A stretch of 64,000 bases of DNA from Eledone cirrhosa (Eukaryota): the NCBI GenBank assembly GCA_964016885.1, contig OZ024741.1, forward strand, positions 149,296,001-149,360,000, given 5' to 3'. The first letter of the stretch is position 1. The number at the start of each line of letters is the position of its first letter. Below, piece by piece: positions 46,443-60,469 of this stretch. The notes under the pieces are model-generated. The model had not been told where the DNA came from. It saw nothing but the letters and a program-made list of their open reading frames with translations, and did no database searches. A program made the translations under genes and the position numbers.

Positions 46443-48652
46443 CAATAAGGATAATTGCGAAGTTCGATGTAGATTTTTAAAATTCCTTTATTTATAAACT
46501 GTGATACATATTTCAATAGCGTTCATAGTTACAAGATGCTTATATATATGTGTGTCTGTGTGTCTGTATGTCTGTGTGCATGTATACATACTTTACTTTT
46601 ACTTTTACTCTTACTCGTAACAGGGAAAGTGGATGTTAAAATGATGATGATCATCATCATCATACATATGCTTAGTATATGCATATACATACATACATAA
46701 ATATATACATGCATGCATTCGTATACACATACATGTGGGTGGGGTGCATGTGTTATTAGTGTATTGATACATACACATATGCACATATTAGTTTTTGTTT
46801 TTTCCAAAATTCCAGACACATGACAAGGCCACCTTAAGTGCTTGGCACCCTCAAGGACTATTGATCTAAAGATACCAGGCGTAGCTCTAACTACTCTATT
46901 TATTTAAACCTTCTCCTCATTTGCTTTTGTTTAATTTTGTGTGTGTATGTGTGTGTTGATGGTGGGAATGTTTGTCTCCTTTTTATCCATGTCATTGCAT
47001 GTATGAAACTGCTTTAGACTCCACAACAGAATTACCGCTAAATGGTAAGTCCTTGTTTTAAGTTATCCTTCAGTTCACTAATTTGTATAAAGTTTTCATT
47101 TGCTATTTGCATTTTCTTAATCCTTTTGTGACCATTATTTTTATAATACAAAGCCATATATGTCATTTATTTACAATCCAAATACCAGCTTCATGTTGAG
47201 AAAATCAGTTATATTACTAAATCCCTCTGAGTTTTTCATTATTTTTGAAAATATTTGAAAATTACATAATGTCTTCAGGTACTGCACTGTATCCTTGAGC
47301 AAGACACTTTATTTCACATTGCTCCAGTCAACTGGAAACAATGAGTTGCGACATTACAAATGACAAGCTATATTGGCCTTTGCTTTCTCTTGGACAACCT
47401 TGGTGATGTGGATAGGAGTAACTGGTATGCATGGGTCACTGCTGGTCTTCCATGAAAACATTTGCTCAGCAGAAACGTATGCCTTGGAGAGGAGCTTTGC
47501 AGGTGTAAACCCACGGTCAGTCGTGACTGAAGACGGCCTATATAGAATGTGATTTCAGGGAAATTTCACTGCTAATTCTCCCAGGTCAAGAGTTGTTATT
47601 GTTGTTTAACCCTAGGCCATTCTTTATCAAACAAACTTCTGATGAACTACATTTCATCCTAGGCTCTCCTATCTATTTAGGGGCATCTAGGCTTACATTA
47701 TCTACACTGTAGTCACAAGTGTAATAGAAAACTTATAGAGTTATGGTAGGTAGATAGCAGAGAAATGGGTGGAGAGCAGAATAATGGGTATGTGGCACAT
47801 GTATGATACTACTTTGGTTATCTTTACTACTCTCACTTTGAAGCTTTCTGAAAGCATGCAATGCCTGAGTTTCTGATGATAAACATAATTTTTCATCCAT
47901 TGATTTGTTGCAGTAGTGCAGTACAACTTCCTTGGGTGTATGAATTTGGTCATCATTCAGGGAGTATTTCTCAAAAAGCTCCTTCCCAACTCTCTTGGTT
48001 TATCTCCATCATGTTAACAGATTTGTTCCAGGGATGTGCTTCTATGCTTGGTAGTTAGTAGATGTTGTCAAAAACATATGATGCAACATTCAAAAGCAGT
48101 TTGGAAATCTCTTTCTCCCTGTTTACATTTCAGATAGGGACAGTCTATAGCCCTGCATTAACCATTAAACAAAATAAGCATGTGTTCCCATAAAGATTTT
48201 TTCCAGAATAGTATATGAGAGTTTATTTTGTTTTCATATACAGTATGATTAGGGCTTCCAAAGGTATTGATCCAACCCTGGCAGTCTTTGTCATTGTTGA
48301 TGTGGAAATTTCTAGGGCCAGTTAGAATTTTTCAGGTTTTAACATCAACAGCTCGATCTCATCTAGCATCCAGTCAAATAGTCCAAGTGTTGATATTACT
48401 ATAGGTACAGCAAACACAAAGTGCCAAGGACCATATTTTCCTTATTTAGATGTTATATTCCTTGATACAGATTCCACCATAGGATATATTTCATCAATCC
48501 TTAAGTATCTGTAGCAGGAAAACAGGCAGACCATTGATAGAGGTGTTCCTGGACAGACATGATGTTTTCCTCTTCTTTACAATCATGTATTCTGATCAAA
48601 CTTCTATTATCTTTCAAGAATGCTGTAACCAGGTTATGATTTTCTTTTAGTG

Positions 48653-49085
48653 TCATTTAAGTTCATTGTGCAGAATATTCCCAACTCTCTCACATGATAT
48701 GCTAATAGCATTGGCTATTTGATTTATAGTCAATCGCCTGTCATCCATCACCATGTGATAAACACAATCAGTGTTTTCTTTGGTGGTGGCAGTTGCAGAA
48801 CATCCAGACCTGAGGTCATCTTCAAAACTCTCTCTTCCCCTCCTAAATTCAGCTGTCCACTTTTGCACTGTTGATAAAGCTGAAGCATCATCCCCTAATG
48901 TAGCAATTATGTCAACATGAATATCCTTTGAAGCTAAACCCTTTTCTGCAAATACTTGATAACACCACGATGCTAGATTTTGTCCATTTTCAAGAGAAGT
49001 CACTGCTTGTTACTTTTGAAGTCTTCACTGAACAGTCAAATGTTGTTATTAATAAGAGTTGAAATTAAAGCATGCAAGATTTCAC
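48653..49085 (-). mobile_element. Mariner transposase N-terminal (HTH) fragment
   Basis: LSTVQKWTAEFRRGRESFEDDLRSG...DDRRLTINQIA...ILHNEL. Confidence 0.85.
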
Positions 49086-49199
49086 AGCTCTAACATTACT
49101 CTTTCATACTCAGCCTATGAACTTTTCAGCCAATCCTCATATGTATGTATATATGTATGTGTGTCTGGATGCATGTATGTATCCCAGCCTCTACTTTTG

Positions 49200-50745
49200 C
49201 TCTATTGCCAATCGCTTCAGCATCTTAAACGAGGACGAGACCGACAACTGGGAGGTCTTTAAACCAAGCGTTAACCAATGTGTGCGCTATGTCCTGGTAA
49301 ACTCAGGACCTCTTCCCAAACAACCCTAGATTTCACCGTGGATGCTGGAGATAATAAACTGTCGCTGCAAGGCTCACCTACGTGGCAGCATGAATATCAC
49401 CAGCTCAACCGCATACACAACAATGCCATCACGGATGACCGGGAGAAGTTCTGGGCAGAAGAAGACAAGCAGCTAAAGGCAGCAGCAAGGAATAACAACC
49501 TCAGCCTGGTATTCAACACACTCCGCAGAGCTTGTGCTGGTCCCCAGATCAAGACAGCCCTGATGAAGGAAACCACCTGCTTCAAACCCTGTAAGGAGCA
49601 CTTCAGCCTTCTTCTACATCACCTAGCCATCCCAATCGATCCCTGCCTAACCATCACTGTAGACATAGCTACAGCCAACAACTCCTGCAGACGTAATCCT
49701 ATCACTCCAGATGAAGTCAGAGCCACCCTGAACAAGCTCAAAAACCACAAAGCCCCTGGAATCTGCACTATAACTGTGGAGATGTTGAAGAGGGGCGGAG
49801 ATAACATGGTCCAGTGGTTCACCCATATCATCAACCATGTACAGGTGTCAGAGTGGCTCCCAAATGACTGGACCCAAGGCATTATCCTCTCATTCTGGAA
49901 ATGGAAAGGCAACAAACTCATCTGCAGAAACTACAAGGGTATCACCTTTCTCACCATTCCAAGCAAGGTCTACACCAAGATTCTCCTCCATCAGAAATGG
50001 ACATTACCCACAACAAACCAGATTCATGCTTAATTGATCCACCGCTGACCACATTTCTGCCTTCCGCCTCATTATCAAAAGATCTGGGAAGTTCCATAGA
50101 GATTGCTGCCTCTATGTCGCCTTCATTAACCTCAAGACGGCTTTCGATACAGTCAACCTCGCATCCCTCTGAAAAATTCTCCAGCTTGTAGGCACACCAC
50201 CCAAGATCACTACCCTGTTCCAATGGCTCTATAGCAGTGCTGGGATGTGTGTGCAGGAAGGATTTCGACTGGTTCCCCATCAACAGTAGGGTCAGACAGG
50301 ACTGTGTGGCTGCTCCAACCCTCTTTAATTGTGTCATCAATATCTGATGACCAAATTTTGTGAGCAAGTTTCTGGCATTACCTTCAAGAATTACCACCTA
50401 ACCGGCCTGGAGTACCCAGACAACACCACCCTATTCAGCAACTCAATCGATCAGCCCAGGGATGTACTGACCATATATCGGGAAGAATCAGCAAAGCTTG
50501 GCCTTCAGGTAAGCTGGGCAAAGACAAAGCTGATACCTGTCGGCAATGGCTCGAATCCTTCTCCACTTTATATTGGCCTCGACACTGTGGAGTTTGTCAG
50601 CTCCTTCATTTACTTGGGCTCGACTGTCACCAGCAATGGAGTCCTGACCCCAGAGATGAACTACAGATGTGGCCTGGCTGCCGGGAGGTCATATATACTC
50701 TATAGAAGCCCCGTTGGTGCTATTGCTAAATCTCCCAGAAGACGA
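49200..50745 (+). mobile_element. Highly decayed RTE-like LINE fragment
   Basis: KLKNHKAPGIC, CRNYKGITFL, LEYPDN (degenerate YADD), FIYLGS across frameshifted ORFs. Confidence 0.8.
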
Positions 50746-50886
50746 AGTTCTGTATTTACAAAGAAAAAAAGAAAATGAGATAAAAATGTTTTTCGTGTAT
50801 AAAACACCAATGTAGTTAGTCAGTTGTATGTATTTATGTATGCATATATATAATATGTTCATGTTGCTTATTTCTATTTTAAGGAG

Positions 50887-50941
50887 ATGTGCGGTAGGAC
50901 TACATTCACCAGTATTCTGTTGATATGTTCCTTGCAACTAG
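50887..50941 (+). CDS. GH18 chitinase, coding exon (signal peptide MCGRTTFTSILLICSLQL)
   Basis: Acceptor ttttaag before 50884, donor G|gtaagt, phase 1 joining G|TT (Val) to the next exon. Hydrophobic stretch. Confidence 0.7.
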
Positions 50942-51923
50942 GTAAGTATACCGCTTGTCCTTAACACTAACACATTCTGTTATGAAGCCGGAATCTGATA
51001 TTGACTTAATTAAGTTGGCACTAGAGAAAGTATCACAACAGATCACATCCTGTATAGGCGGCTTACCACTGGGAACAGGAAATTGTGTTGCTTTCTGAGC
51101 CTTTGCATTTCCTCAGCTTAATCCCACCAATTCCAGTTGCATCCAAGTCATGTTTAAAAATATTATTGAGAACAGCATGTCATGTGAGGCAGTGGCACTG
51201 AAGCGACATTACAACAGGTGTGTCCAAATGTATCTATCATAGACACTCAATGACATTTGTGTTGCTTGCAGATTCAAAGACTAAGCCCAAAGGACACCAA
51301 TATGGAAAGAGTTTCTCTCTAGCTGGATACGAGTTCGTCATGAAGATATAGCTTTCTATCAGGTGCTGTTTTGGAGAATTAGCAGGTTGAGCTAAAAACA
51401 TGCCAGATGGTGCTAATTAAGCAGCTACATAAAGTTGTCCAAAGCTCTGTGTTGGGCACTTTGGAGATCCACATGTGATGGCTAAGTAGGATCCAAGTCA
51501 CATGGACACCTTTAATGTACCCTTAACATAATTCTGAAGGAGATTCAGCATGATATAGTATGGCAAGGCCAGCCCTTTGAATTAGATGTACAACTTATTT
51601 TTTTAACTGAATAGACTAGAGCAATGTGAAATAATGTGTCTTTCTCAATGAAACAATGCACTGCCAGAGATCAAACTGATAACCTTATGATCATGAACCA
51701 ACACTCTAACCAATTACACACATTATATATATATATTATCTGTGTATATCCAGTTTAGAATAGTCACATTATATTCCTGCGTGTCATAAAGAGCTGGTGT
51801 CAGGAAGGGCATCCAGCTGTAAAACATTGCCTCAAAATGTCCTGTCCAACTTATGTCGACATAGGAAAGTTAGCATAACAACAATGATGATGTTAAATAT
51901 TCTTATTTTGCCGTTTTTTCCAG

Positions 51924-52101
51924 TTGCTGCCATTAAATACCGGCGTGTGTGTTACTACACAAATTGGGCCCAGTATCGAGATAGCTTGGCCAAATTCATA
52001 CCATCTCATATTGAACCAAGCCTATGTTCCCATATTCACTTTGCATTTGCTAAATTGGTTGAGAATAAACTGAGCACAATTGAAGGGAATGATGTTGTGA
52101 T
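51924..52101 (+). CDS. GH18 chitinase exon (VAAIKYRRVCYYTNWAQYR...CSHIHFAFA)
   Basis: Typical GH18 N-terminal motifs, ttttccag acceptor, AT|gtaagt donor. Confidence 0.92.
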
Positions 52102-52491
52102 GTAAGTAGTGTCAAGGAAAAATTACATAAGGCTTCAATGTGTATCTGTGAGTGTGTTTGTATTTGTGTATATATGTGTCTGTTTGTGTGTATGTGTCTT
52201 TGTGGGCATGTATGTATGTGTGTCAATGTAAGCAGTCTGGCAGCCATCTTATACACCTGTCCAATGTGTGTTTACACATATATATGTGGGTGTTTACATA
52301 TATAACTATGAATTTACATATATAAATGTGTTATTTGCATACACATTTCTCACAACTTCAGTTAAACTCTGTACTGTTTCTATACAGATACACATTTATG
52401 TAAATAAGCAAATAAGACCATCTAATACATAAATCTAAACGGAGGTGGTTTCTTGATCGTACAACAAACGCAAATTATATTATACTTCATT

Positions 52492-52678
52492 GGTGGATTG
52501 GCAGTATCGGTAGAGGGTCGGACGCCATGCTTTCCAGCATGGTTACGTCCCTTTACGATCTGAGTTCAAATCCCGCTGAGGTTGACTTTGCCTTTCATCC
52601 TTACGGGGTCGATAAAATAAAGTACCAGTAATGCACTCTGGGTAATTGCTGGCCTTGTGCCTAAAGTAGAAACAATTA
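52492..52678 (+). mobile_element. tRNA-derived SINE (intronic)
   Basis: Same family as 7390-8278. Confidence 0.8.
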
Positions 52679-53613
52679 TATTATACTTCAGTTGCTTAAT
52701 CTTTTATTCTATAATTCTTTTACAAGTTTCAATCACTAGACTACGGTTGTGCCAGAGCACTACTTTGAATGGATTTAATCGATAATATCAACACTAGTAC
52801 TTAATTTTCAAGCCTGCTACTTATTTTATCAATATCTTTTTGTTGCATTACAAAATGTCAGGACATAAATAAACAGTTAACATAAGCACACACATACATA
52901 CATACGTAGAAAACCTGCCAAGAAAGGGTTTGGAGTTGTGTATTGGTCGTGTGTCGTATATATTGATGTGTAATTTAAGTGGGAGAAAGCAATCTTCTCA
53001 AATCTTTAAAATTAGGGACCAACAAGGAGACAAACGGCTAAGTATCTATTTATTTAAACTAGGGAATGCAACGAAACCATATTACATTATATTATTTTAC
53101 AGACTCGCAGAAATATAATCATAAACCAAAAAGAGAGTATTTTGTTACGATGTATTTATGTATTTAGACGTAGTGTAAGATAGATTGAATGCATGTTTAA
53201 AAATTAAACAGATTCTGTCTATGTTTGGCTGGGAAAAAAATGACCAGCCACATGTAGAATCTTAAGTAACCATTGTATGTTCGTGTTAGGCGAAGAAAAG
53301 AGATTTTGCCAAGGGACTGAGCTGCCTAAATATGTAGCGAAAGAAATGTTTTCCCACGGTGCTCTCTCACGGACATCGCCACCAAGAAATAACCTGCGAC
53401 CTCGCAGAGAGGACAACAGATAAATTCTCCAGGGGCTAGGTTTTACGGCACCAAGGAGTACATATCCTGGGGCCATCTGTTATTTATCAAAAATAACTAG
53501 TCATCAATATAAATAGGCTGTCCTGTGGTCCTAACACACAGAGAGAATCACCTGCCTCTTGATACAGATGACACCGCTTCCTTGCACTGCGCGCTTACTA
53601 CTACCTATGTCTA

Positions 53614-53798
53614 TAATTGTTTCTACTATTGGCACAAGACCAGAAATTACCCAGTACATTAGTGGTACTTTATTTTATCGACCCCGTAAGGATGAAAGGC
53701 AAAGTTAACCTCGGCGGGATTTGAACTCAGAATGGCAAGGGCCGTAACTCTATGCGTCAAAGCATGGCGTCCGACTCTCTACCGATACTGCCAATCCA
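53614..53798 (-). mobile_element. tRNA-derived SINE (intronic)
   Basis: RC of the same family. Confidence 0.8.
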
Positions 53799-56563
53799 AT
53801 GTCGATAATACTGACTAACTACAACTTGTCACCTTTTAATTGAGCATAGTACATTTAATTAAATATTCTCCAGCAAAATACAAAGAACTTTTTGAACACT
53901 GTTGTCATTTGTGAGTGCTACTATCATACTTTATATTTTATGATTCGAAGTAATCGTATTCTTTTTCACATTTCTAACCAAAATTGTATTTGTCGTGTTT
54001 CTCATCTTCTTCCACAACAACCACTAACTTCGCTTCAAATATACCTTTAAATTACATATTTGCTAAGATTCATCGATGTTATTTAAGTCTGGATTGATGA
54101 ATATAGCATCTGATATGATAATGCGCTGGCATTTTTGTTAACACATAAAATCTAACCCAGCAATGATTTCGCTAAATTACTTCCCGGCCCAGATTGCAAT
54201 TGAAATCAAAAGAGGAGATAGTGAAAGAGAGAAATTAGAGCTGCTTGTGTATGGGTTGAATATGTTGGATCGAGATCTTCGCTAGCTGAAAACATATGGA
54301 GCATGGCTTAACTCTATGTGGTTATGTTGTTCCAGCCTTGACAGTTGAGACTAATTTGAAGTTTAGCTGTGGACATATGATGCGCAACTGCATATGCAAG
54401 TTATTTGTGATATGCAGTGCTGCAAGTCCATATGGTAGGTTTTCTGTGTATCTATGTGTATCTTTGTGTTTACGTTAACTGTTTGTTTATGTCGTGTCAT
54501 TTTGCGATGCAACAAATAAATATTGATAAACTAAGACTTGAAAAAGTAAGTACTAGTGTTGATATTATCGACAAATTCCATTCAAGGCAGTGCTTCAGCA
54601 TAGCCGTAGTCTAATGATTGAAACCAGTAAAAGAATTATAGATCGCTTGTGCCTACAACTAGTCCATGCTTCAAAAGGCTAGTTAAAGGTCGAGGGAAGA
54701 GAGAATAATATCTTGTAAAATTCTCGATAAATCAATCATGTGGAAATGTAACATATTGAAATGAATGTTATGTGTGTGCTTAAACATTTAAAACAGTAAA
54801 TTCAATGGAACCGAAATAACATAGGGAAGATGAAAAAGTAAAAAACTGGAAAAATGATTATAAAATGTACCAATAATAGGGGTGGGGGAAATCAAAAAAT
54901 GTCTAAGCTGGACCATGAAATGGACATGAAAAATATGTAAAGCATTAGAAATTGAGCTAGGAGTTCATTTTTTTTTTAAAGAAAACTATAATTGAATAAG
55001 TAATTGAAGTTCATAGTCACTATTTAGTTTTCTTTTTCTTTCAGCGCATGTGTGTGTTTCTTGCTGTTGAAAGAATCTGTTGTGAGGTTGTCAGTAGAGT
55101 TGTTGGTTTTGTAGCAGGAACTGTGGTAAACATTGTTGTGTGTAAACATTTCTAATTTCCGTTTTTGTTTTTTTTTTTTCTTAAGAACAACGTGTTATTT
55201 ATCTAGGTTACTTTTACGTTTATAGTAGCTAAAACTGTATAGGAGATCGAGTGTCTTGTTTGTTGTAGGGACGCAAAAAGTAAATGTTACCAATACCACG
55301 CAGTGTTGACTGATCGATGGCGCACAAGGAAAATGCGTTTGTTGTCAGGTCACCATCAGCAGAATGAAAGATGGATGAATTCAGAAATGTTGCATGTTAT
55401 TTTGTTGAAAGAAGGTATTGTGTACTAACGTCGTGTTGTCACCGCTTTGGCAGAAATGTTAGTTGTGTGTTGGTTGTGCATCATATATGTTGATGTGTGA
55501 TTGAAGTGAGAGAAGGTGATCTTCCCAAAACATTAAAATTCAAGACCAACAAGGAGACAAACGTCTAATTACCTATTTATTTTAACCATGGAATGCAACA
55601 AAACCATATTAAATTATATTATTTTACAGAGTTCGCAAAAATATAATTATAAACATGAAAGAGAATATTTCGTTACAATGTATTCATGTGTTTAGGCGTG
55701 GTGGAATTTGTAAGTAAGATAAATTGAATACATGTGTGCAAAGAAGTTAAAAAATTAAACAGATTCTGTCTATATTTGGCTGGACAAAAATGACCAACCA
55801 CATGCAAAAGTCCAAGTAACCATTGTGTTAAGCGAAGAAGAAGAAACGAAAATTCGTCTAGAGGTTAGAGCTGCCTTAATATACCTTTAAATGACATCAT
55901 TGCCATTTCTATTGATGGCGTCATACTTAGTTTAGTCTGGGTTGATGAATGTAATATTTGATATGAAAATATGGCATTTTCGTAAACATAGACAATTTAA
56001 CCTAGTGACAATTTAACCTACACATTCAACAATTGTTTCAAGACATGACAACCTCTTTAATGCTGATGCTATTGTAAAATGCACTCAACTGGGCACAGAA
56101 TCATATGTAAGCGAGATACAAGCCTCCTGCCAATCTTAGAGGCCAGTAGCTCCGCTTGAGTACTGATTCGGTCCATGAAGACCTGCCTAATCCTTGCTAG
56201 TGAGGAAAAACGGATGCTAAGTGAGAATATATATATATATATATATATTAAATCAGTTCTGTATGTGCAAGACATTGTCACCTGATCTAGCATTGCCCAC
56301 AACAGGACAACCCGTCTAACCCATGCTGGCATGGAAAAAGTGATTGTAAACAGTAATGATGATGGTGATGATATATGACATGCTTCCACACAGTTTCTGT
56401 CTTCTAAATTTTCCTCACAAATCATTGGTCAATGCCCAAGGTACCATACAGTGGAACTGAATCCCAAACCATGTAATTGCAAAGCATACTCCTTAACCAC
56501 TCAGTCATTAATGCACATTTTAATATACAATTGTTGTTTTGGTTGTCTTTTCTTTATGTATAG

Positions 56564-56801
56564 GTACAAGAAGTTGGCTGATCTAAAAAATAAGAATAAA
56601 GATTTGAAGTTGGTTTTATCAGTCGGAGGATATAATGCAGGAAATTCACAATTCAAAGCACTTGTGGTATCAAAAAAGACAAGGAAGAACTTTGTCTCTC
56701 ACGTGGTCTCATTCCTGAGAAAGTACAATTTTGACGGTTTGGACATTGACTGGGAGTATCCGGTAAAAGTTGACAAAGTGAGATTTGTCAAACTCATTGG
56801 G
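56564..56801 (+). CDS. GH18 chitinase catalytic exon (LKLVLSVGGY...FDGLDIDWEYP)
   Basis: Intact SxGG and DxxDxDxE motifs. tatag acceptor, phase 2 match, GGG|gtaatg donor. Confidence 0.95.
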
Positions 56802-56923
56802 GTAATGATTGAAATTAAAATGTCTGAATAGTAACTTTTTTCTGTGGAACATTGTTGTTGTTGTGCACTCACACACACATACATATATATATGTATATAT
56901 ATACACACACACACACACACATA

Positions 56924-57839
56924 CAGAGTGAATTTTTTTAAATGGCCCAATTTTTATTTTTGTCTACATAATTCATTTTTTGACAAAAACTGATGACACT
57001 CTTCATATCCTTTGTTCAAACCATTAAAAACAATATATTAAAAAATTCACTATCTTCTGATGATTCTCTCCAGAGTTATGGCACATGTTTCAAGTGATCC
57101 CCATTTGAATCCATGCATTTTTAGGCACATAGTGAAGTTTAGCATAACAGCTTTACAAGCGAACCTAGGGATTGCTCTGATCTCCTTCCTGGTGTTTTCC
57201 TTTAATTCAGTAATTGTCCTCAGTTTGTTGACACATATTCTATCCTTCAGATAGCCCCAAAGAAAGAAATCCAGGGAGTGGGGGGGGGGGGATAAATCAG
57301 AGCTGTGTAGGGCCCACTCAAAATCAATCTTCAAACTGGTCACACGATTTCCAAAGTTATTTTTCAGTCTGTATTCTGTAGGAGTACTTCTTAAGATCCT
57401 CTTTGACAACCCAGCTTGTTGGAGAGACACAAAGATTGGCTTCTCCAGTACAGCAATTGCTTTGGGCTCTGTTCAACAGACTCTCAGTCCATGTGAATAA
57501 CTTCATCTATAGAGTTCTTGGTTCGTCAATAGTGGGTAGGATGGTCCCCAGACATTGTATTGAGATTCTCCGTATGTTTCAAACTTCTTCACCCAGTTTT
57601 GTATATTGGCTTTGAAAGGAGATTTTTCTGTTCCTAAAAATGAATTAATTGACCTTCTTGTACGAGCCACACTTATAGTAGTGTTTTACACAGAAAATCC
57701 AGTGCTGGTGCTCCTATTGGGATCTGTTGTCTTGTAAGATGTATCTGGCACGTCCTGAAATGTAATGTTGATTGGCTAGAAATTGAATAATCAATGACAC
57801 AAAACATGCACGGGTCCAGTTTTTTGTTTATTCATCCTG
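56924..57839 (-). mobile_element. Deleted Tc1/mariner element
   Basis: SDLSP..LDFFLWGYLKDRI (WPPRSPDL-like). Imperfect TIRs ta-cagagtgaat / attcatcctg-ta. Confidence 0.75.
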
Positions 57840-58104
57840 TATATATGTATAAGCTTTATTTATTTATCTATGTATATACATATGTATGTATGCATGTATG
57901 TACATATTTATATATATATGTATTATTTATATATACATATATGTGTACTTATGTATGTATATATGTATGCATTTATATATATGTATGTATATATGTATCC
58001 ATTTATGTATGTATGCATATATGTATTTATGTATGTATGCATGTATGCATTTATTTATCTGTATATATATGTATGAATACATCTATGTATATAAGATCGT
58101 GTAA

Positions 58105-58535
58105 AGGACTCATTGAAAGAAACTGGTTTGATTGTGGCTGACTGGGAGATAGAAGCTCTTGAAAGAGAATCTTGGTGTGGAATGTTGAATGATGGGGTCC
58201 GTAATTTTGGGGACAGACACATAGAGCATGAGAAGATCAAACGGGATATGCGTAAGCAATGCTCTGGTGTATCTCTCGAAATGATTGGTGTTGCCATTGA
58301 ATTGGTGTGCCCTGAGTGTGGAAAGATTTGCTTGAGGAAATCTTGTCTCAGAAGCCACAGTCGCAGCCATGTACAGAGAGAACCAGTGAACTATGATCTC
58401 CACAGTATTGTGAAGGTTCACAGGCAACCTGATGCAAGACCTGAGGCCAGGGAGAGCCATAGTTGTCGTCAATGTGCAAAGGAGTGCAAGTCTCTAGCAG
58501 GCTTGAAAATCCATATCCAAGCGTCACACATCTGA
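58105..58535 (+). mobile_element. RTE-like LINE C-terminal fragment with two C2H2-like fingers
   Basis: WEIEALERESW, CPECGKIC..RSHSRSH, CRQCAKECKSLAGLKIHIQASH. Confidence 0.6.
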
Positions 58536-60257
58536 ATCTGACAAGTGATTGCAATACTCTTAACAGAGTTCGCAGCCATCATATATGTATGTATATATAT
58601 ATGTGAATGTGTGAGTGTGTAAATGTATATATCTATGTAAGTATATAAGCATGTTTGTACATGTTTGTATGTGTATGTGTGTATATATATGCATGTATAT
58701 CAACTTTGTTTTCATTCTTTTGGGGTTGTTATATAAAGTATTATTCCAGTGGCGGTGGGTTGGAGGAATTGTTAAACAGTCAGACAAAATGCTCTGTGGT
58801 CTGATCCAGATCTGTGTGTTTTGAATTCAAATCTCACTTTCTTCTGCTAGGATTTATGATTGGCAGATTGTGTCATCAATGGAAAGTTCAATGGAAACAT
58901 TGTTTCTTTGGTCCAATCTGATGAGCAGCTTCTTTCTTTTCCTTACCCCCAAAAAAGTAAACTTAATTCATCACCTGGTTTAACACTACCACCCTAGCCC
59001 TTCGCTTCTCTATCAGAATCTACTCCGTGACAAGCATTCTGGCAAAGTATTCTGCCTCAGGATAACTTCCTCTCTGCCCTCTTCCACCTCACTAATCTTG
59101 AAGGCCCTTGAAAAGAACATGGACACTGCCTTTCCTACCATGACTAAACCATAAAAATATAATACTTTTTGAAAAAACTGCCTATGTTGGTCAAATAACC
59201 TTTCATAATATTCGAGAATTTAAATTCATTTATTAATATAACTAACTTTCTTATTATTAAGTTAGTGTTTGAAACATAACTTAACAAGGATTCTTGCATA
59301 AAATTATGATAGAGGGTTTTTAAATAAATATAATCACTTTAAGCTTTTTGTTACAATATTTATAATGAAGCACACTGTACATGATCTTCAAATAATTTTG
59401 AGAATAATGAAGAATTTGAAGGGGGTTTGTAATATAAGTTAGTTAAATTAGCAGAGTTGTTAGAGCATCAGATGCAATGCTTTGCAGTATTTGTTCTGGC
59501 TTTCTGTGTTCTAAGTTCAATCCCACCAAGATCAACTTTGCTTTCCACCTTTCTGTGGTTGATAACATAAAGTACAAGTTAAGTATTGGGATCGATATAA
59601 TCGGCTTTTCCCTTCTCCCAAATTGCTAGCCTTGTGCGTATATTAGAAAGAAAAAATTATTTAGCTGGTGTTTGGAACATAAAGTTTCTTACATAAAATT
59701 ATAATGAAAATTTTTAGATAAATATAAACACTTTAACAAATAGTTTGATATCAAATCTGTTAAATATCTACAAACCTGATGGCTGAATGATTTATTTCGA
59801 TAATAAATATCTTTGGTAGGTGTTTTATATATATAAATAATTAAGATGGTATTATAGTTTCCTTGAAATATTGTGTAATGTGTAGAAAATAATTCTAGAA
59901 CCCAGCCCCTAGTGACTAACATAGACATATTACATTTCATTTCACTTCAACAATAGATACAACCATAACTTAGATCAGAACGTAGCCAAGAACACATAGC
60001 ACAGGATCCATTCACCAATTCTAGCGTTGAAAAAAAAACACTTTCAATTTCAAAAATGCCAGCATAAGATACTACAAATATTCTCAATTCTTCTGAAGAA
60101 GGAATTTTATCTCAAAATATTTAGCACTGTTAAACAGCTCTAAGGTAACAGTCCAACATCTTTGTTATTGTTATTTTTAACATTAAATGTTCTATTTGCA
60201 TTGCTGTAACCCTCTAAGAAACACACTATTTTTCTATAAATTATTTCATTTTCTCAG

Positions 60258-60382
60258 GAACTCCGTCAGGCTTTTAACAACGAACATAAAGAACCTCATA
60301 AAGATACTCTCTTGTTAGCATGCGCAGTGCCTGCAGGTAGAAGAAAGATTGATGATGGCTACGATGTGAGTGTGATATCCAG
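60258..60382 (+). CDS. GH18 chitinase exon (ELRQAFNNE...LLLACAVPAGRRKIDDGYDVSVIS); gene continues beyond the window
   Basis: ttctcag acceptor in phase 0, AG|gtatgt donor. Matches the GH18 L-[TS]-AAV-x-AG..ID-x-GYD region. Confidence 0.88.
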
Positions 60383-60469
60383 GTATGTGAACATACTTTG
60401 TTCTTTTTAACTCTTGATATCAAACTGGCGGAAACCATCCCTGGTTTTATGATTTTCATAAAAGTTGGA

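Noticed and set aside
58113-58535. Host C2H2 zinc-finger gene
   Set aside because: Preceded by an RTE-type C-terminal motif, lacks TGEKP linkers and lies within a chitinase intron.
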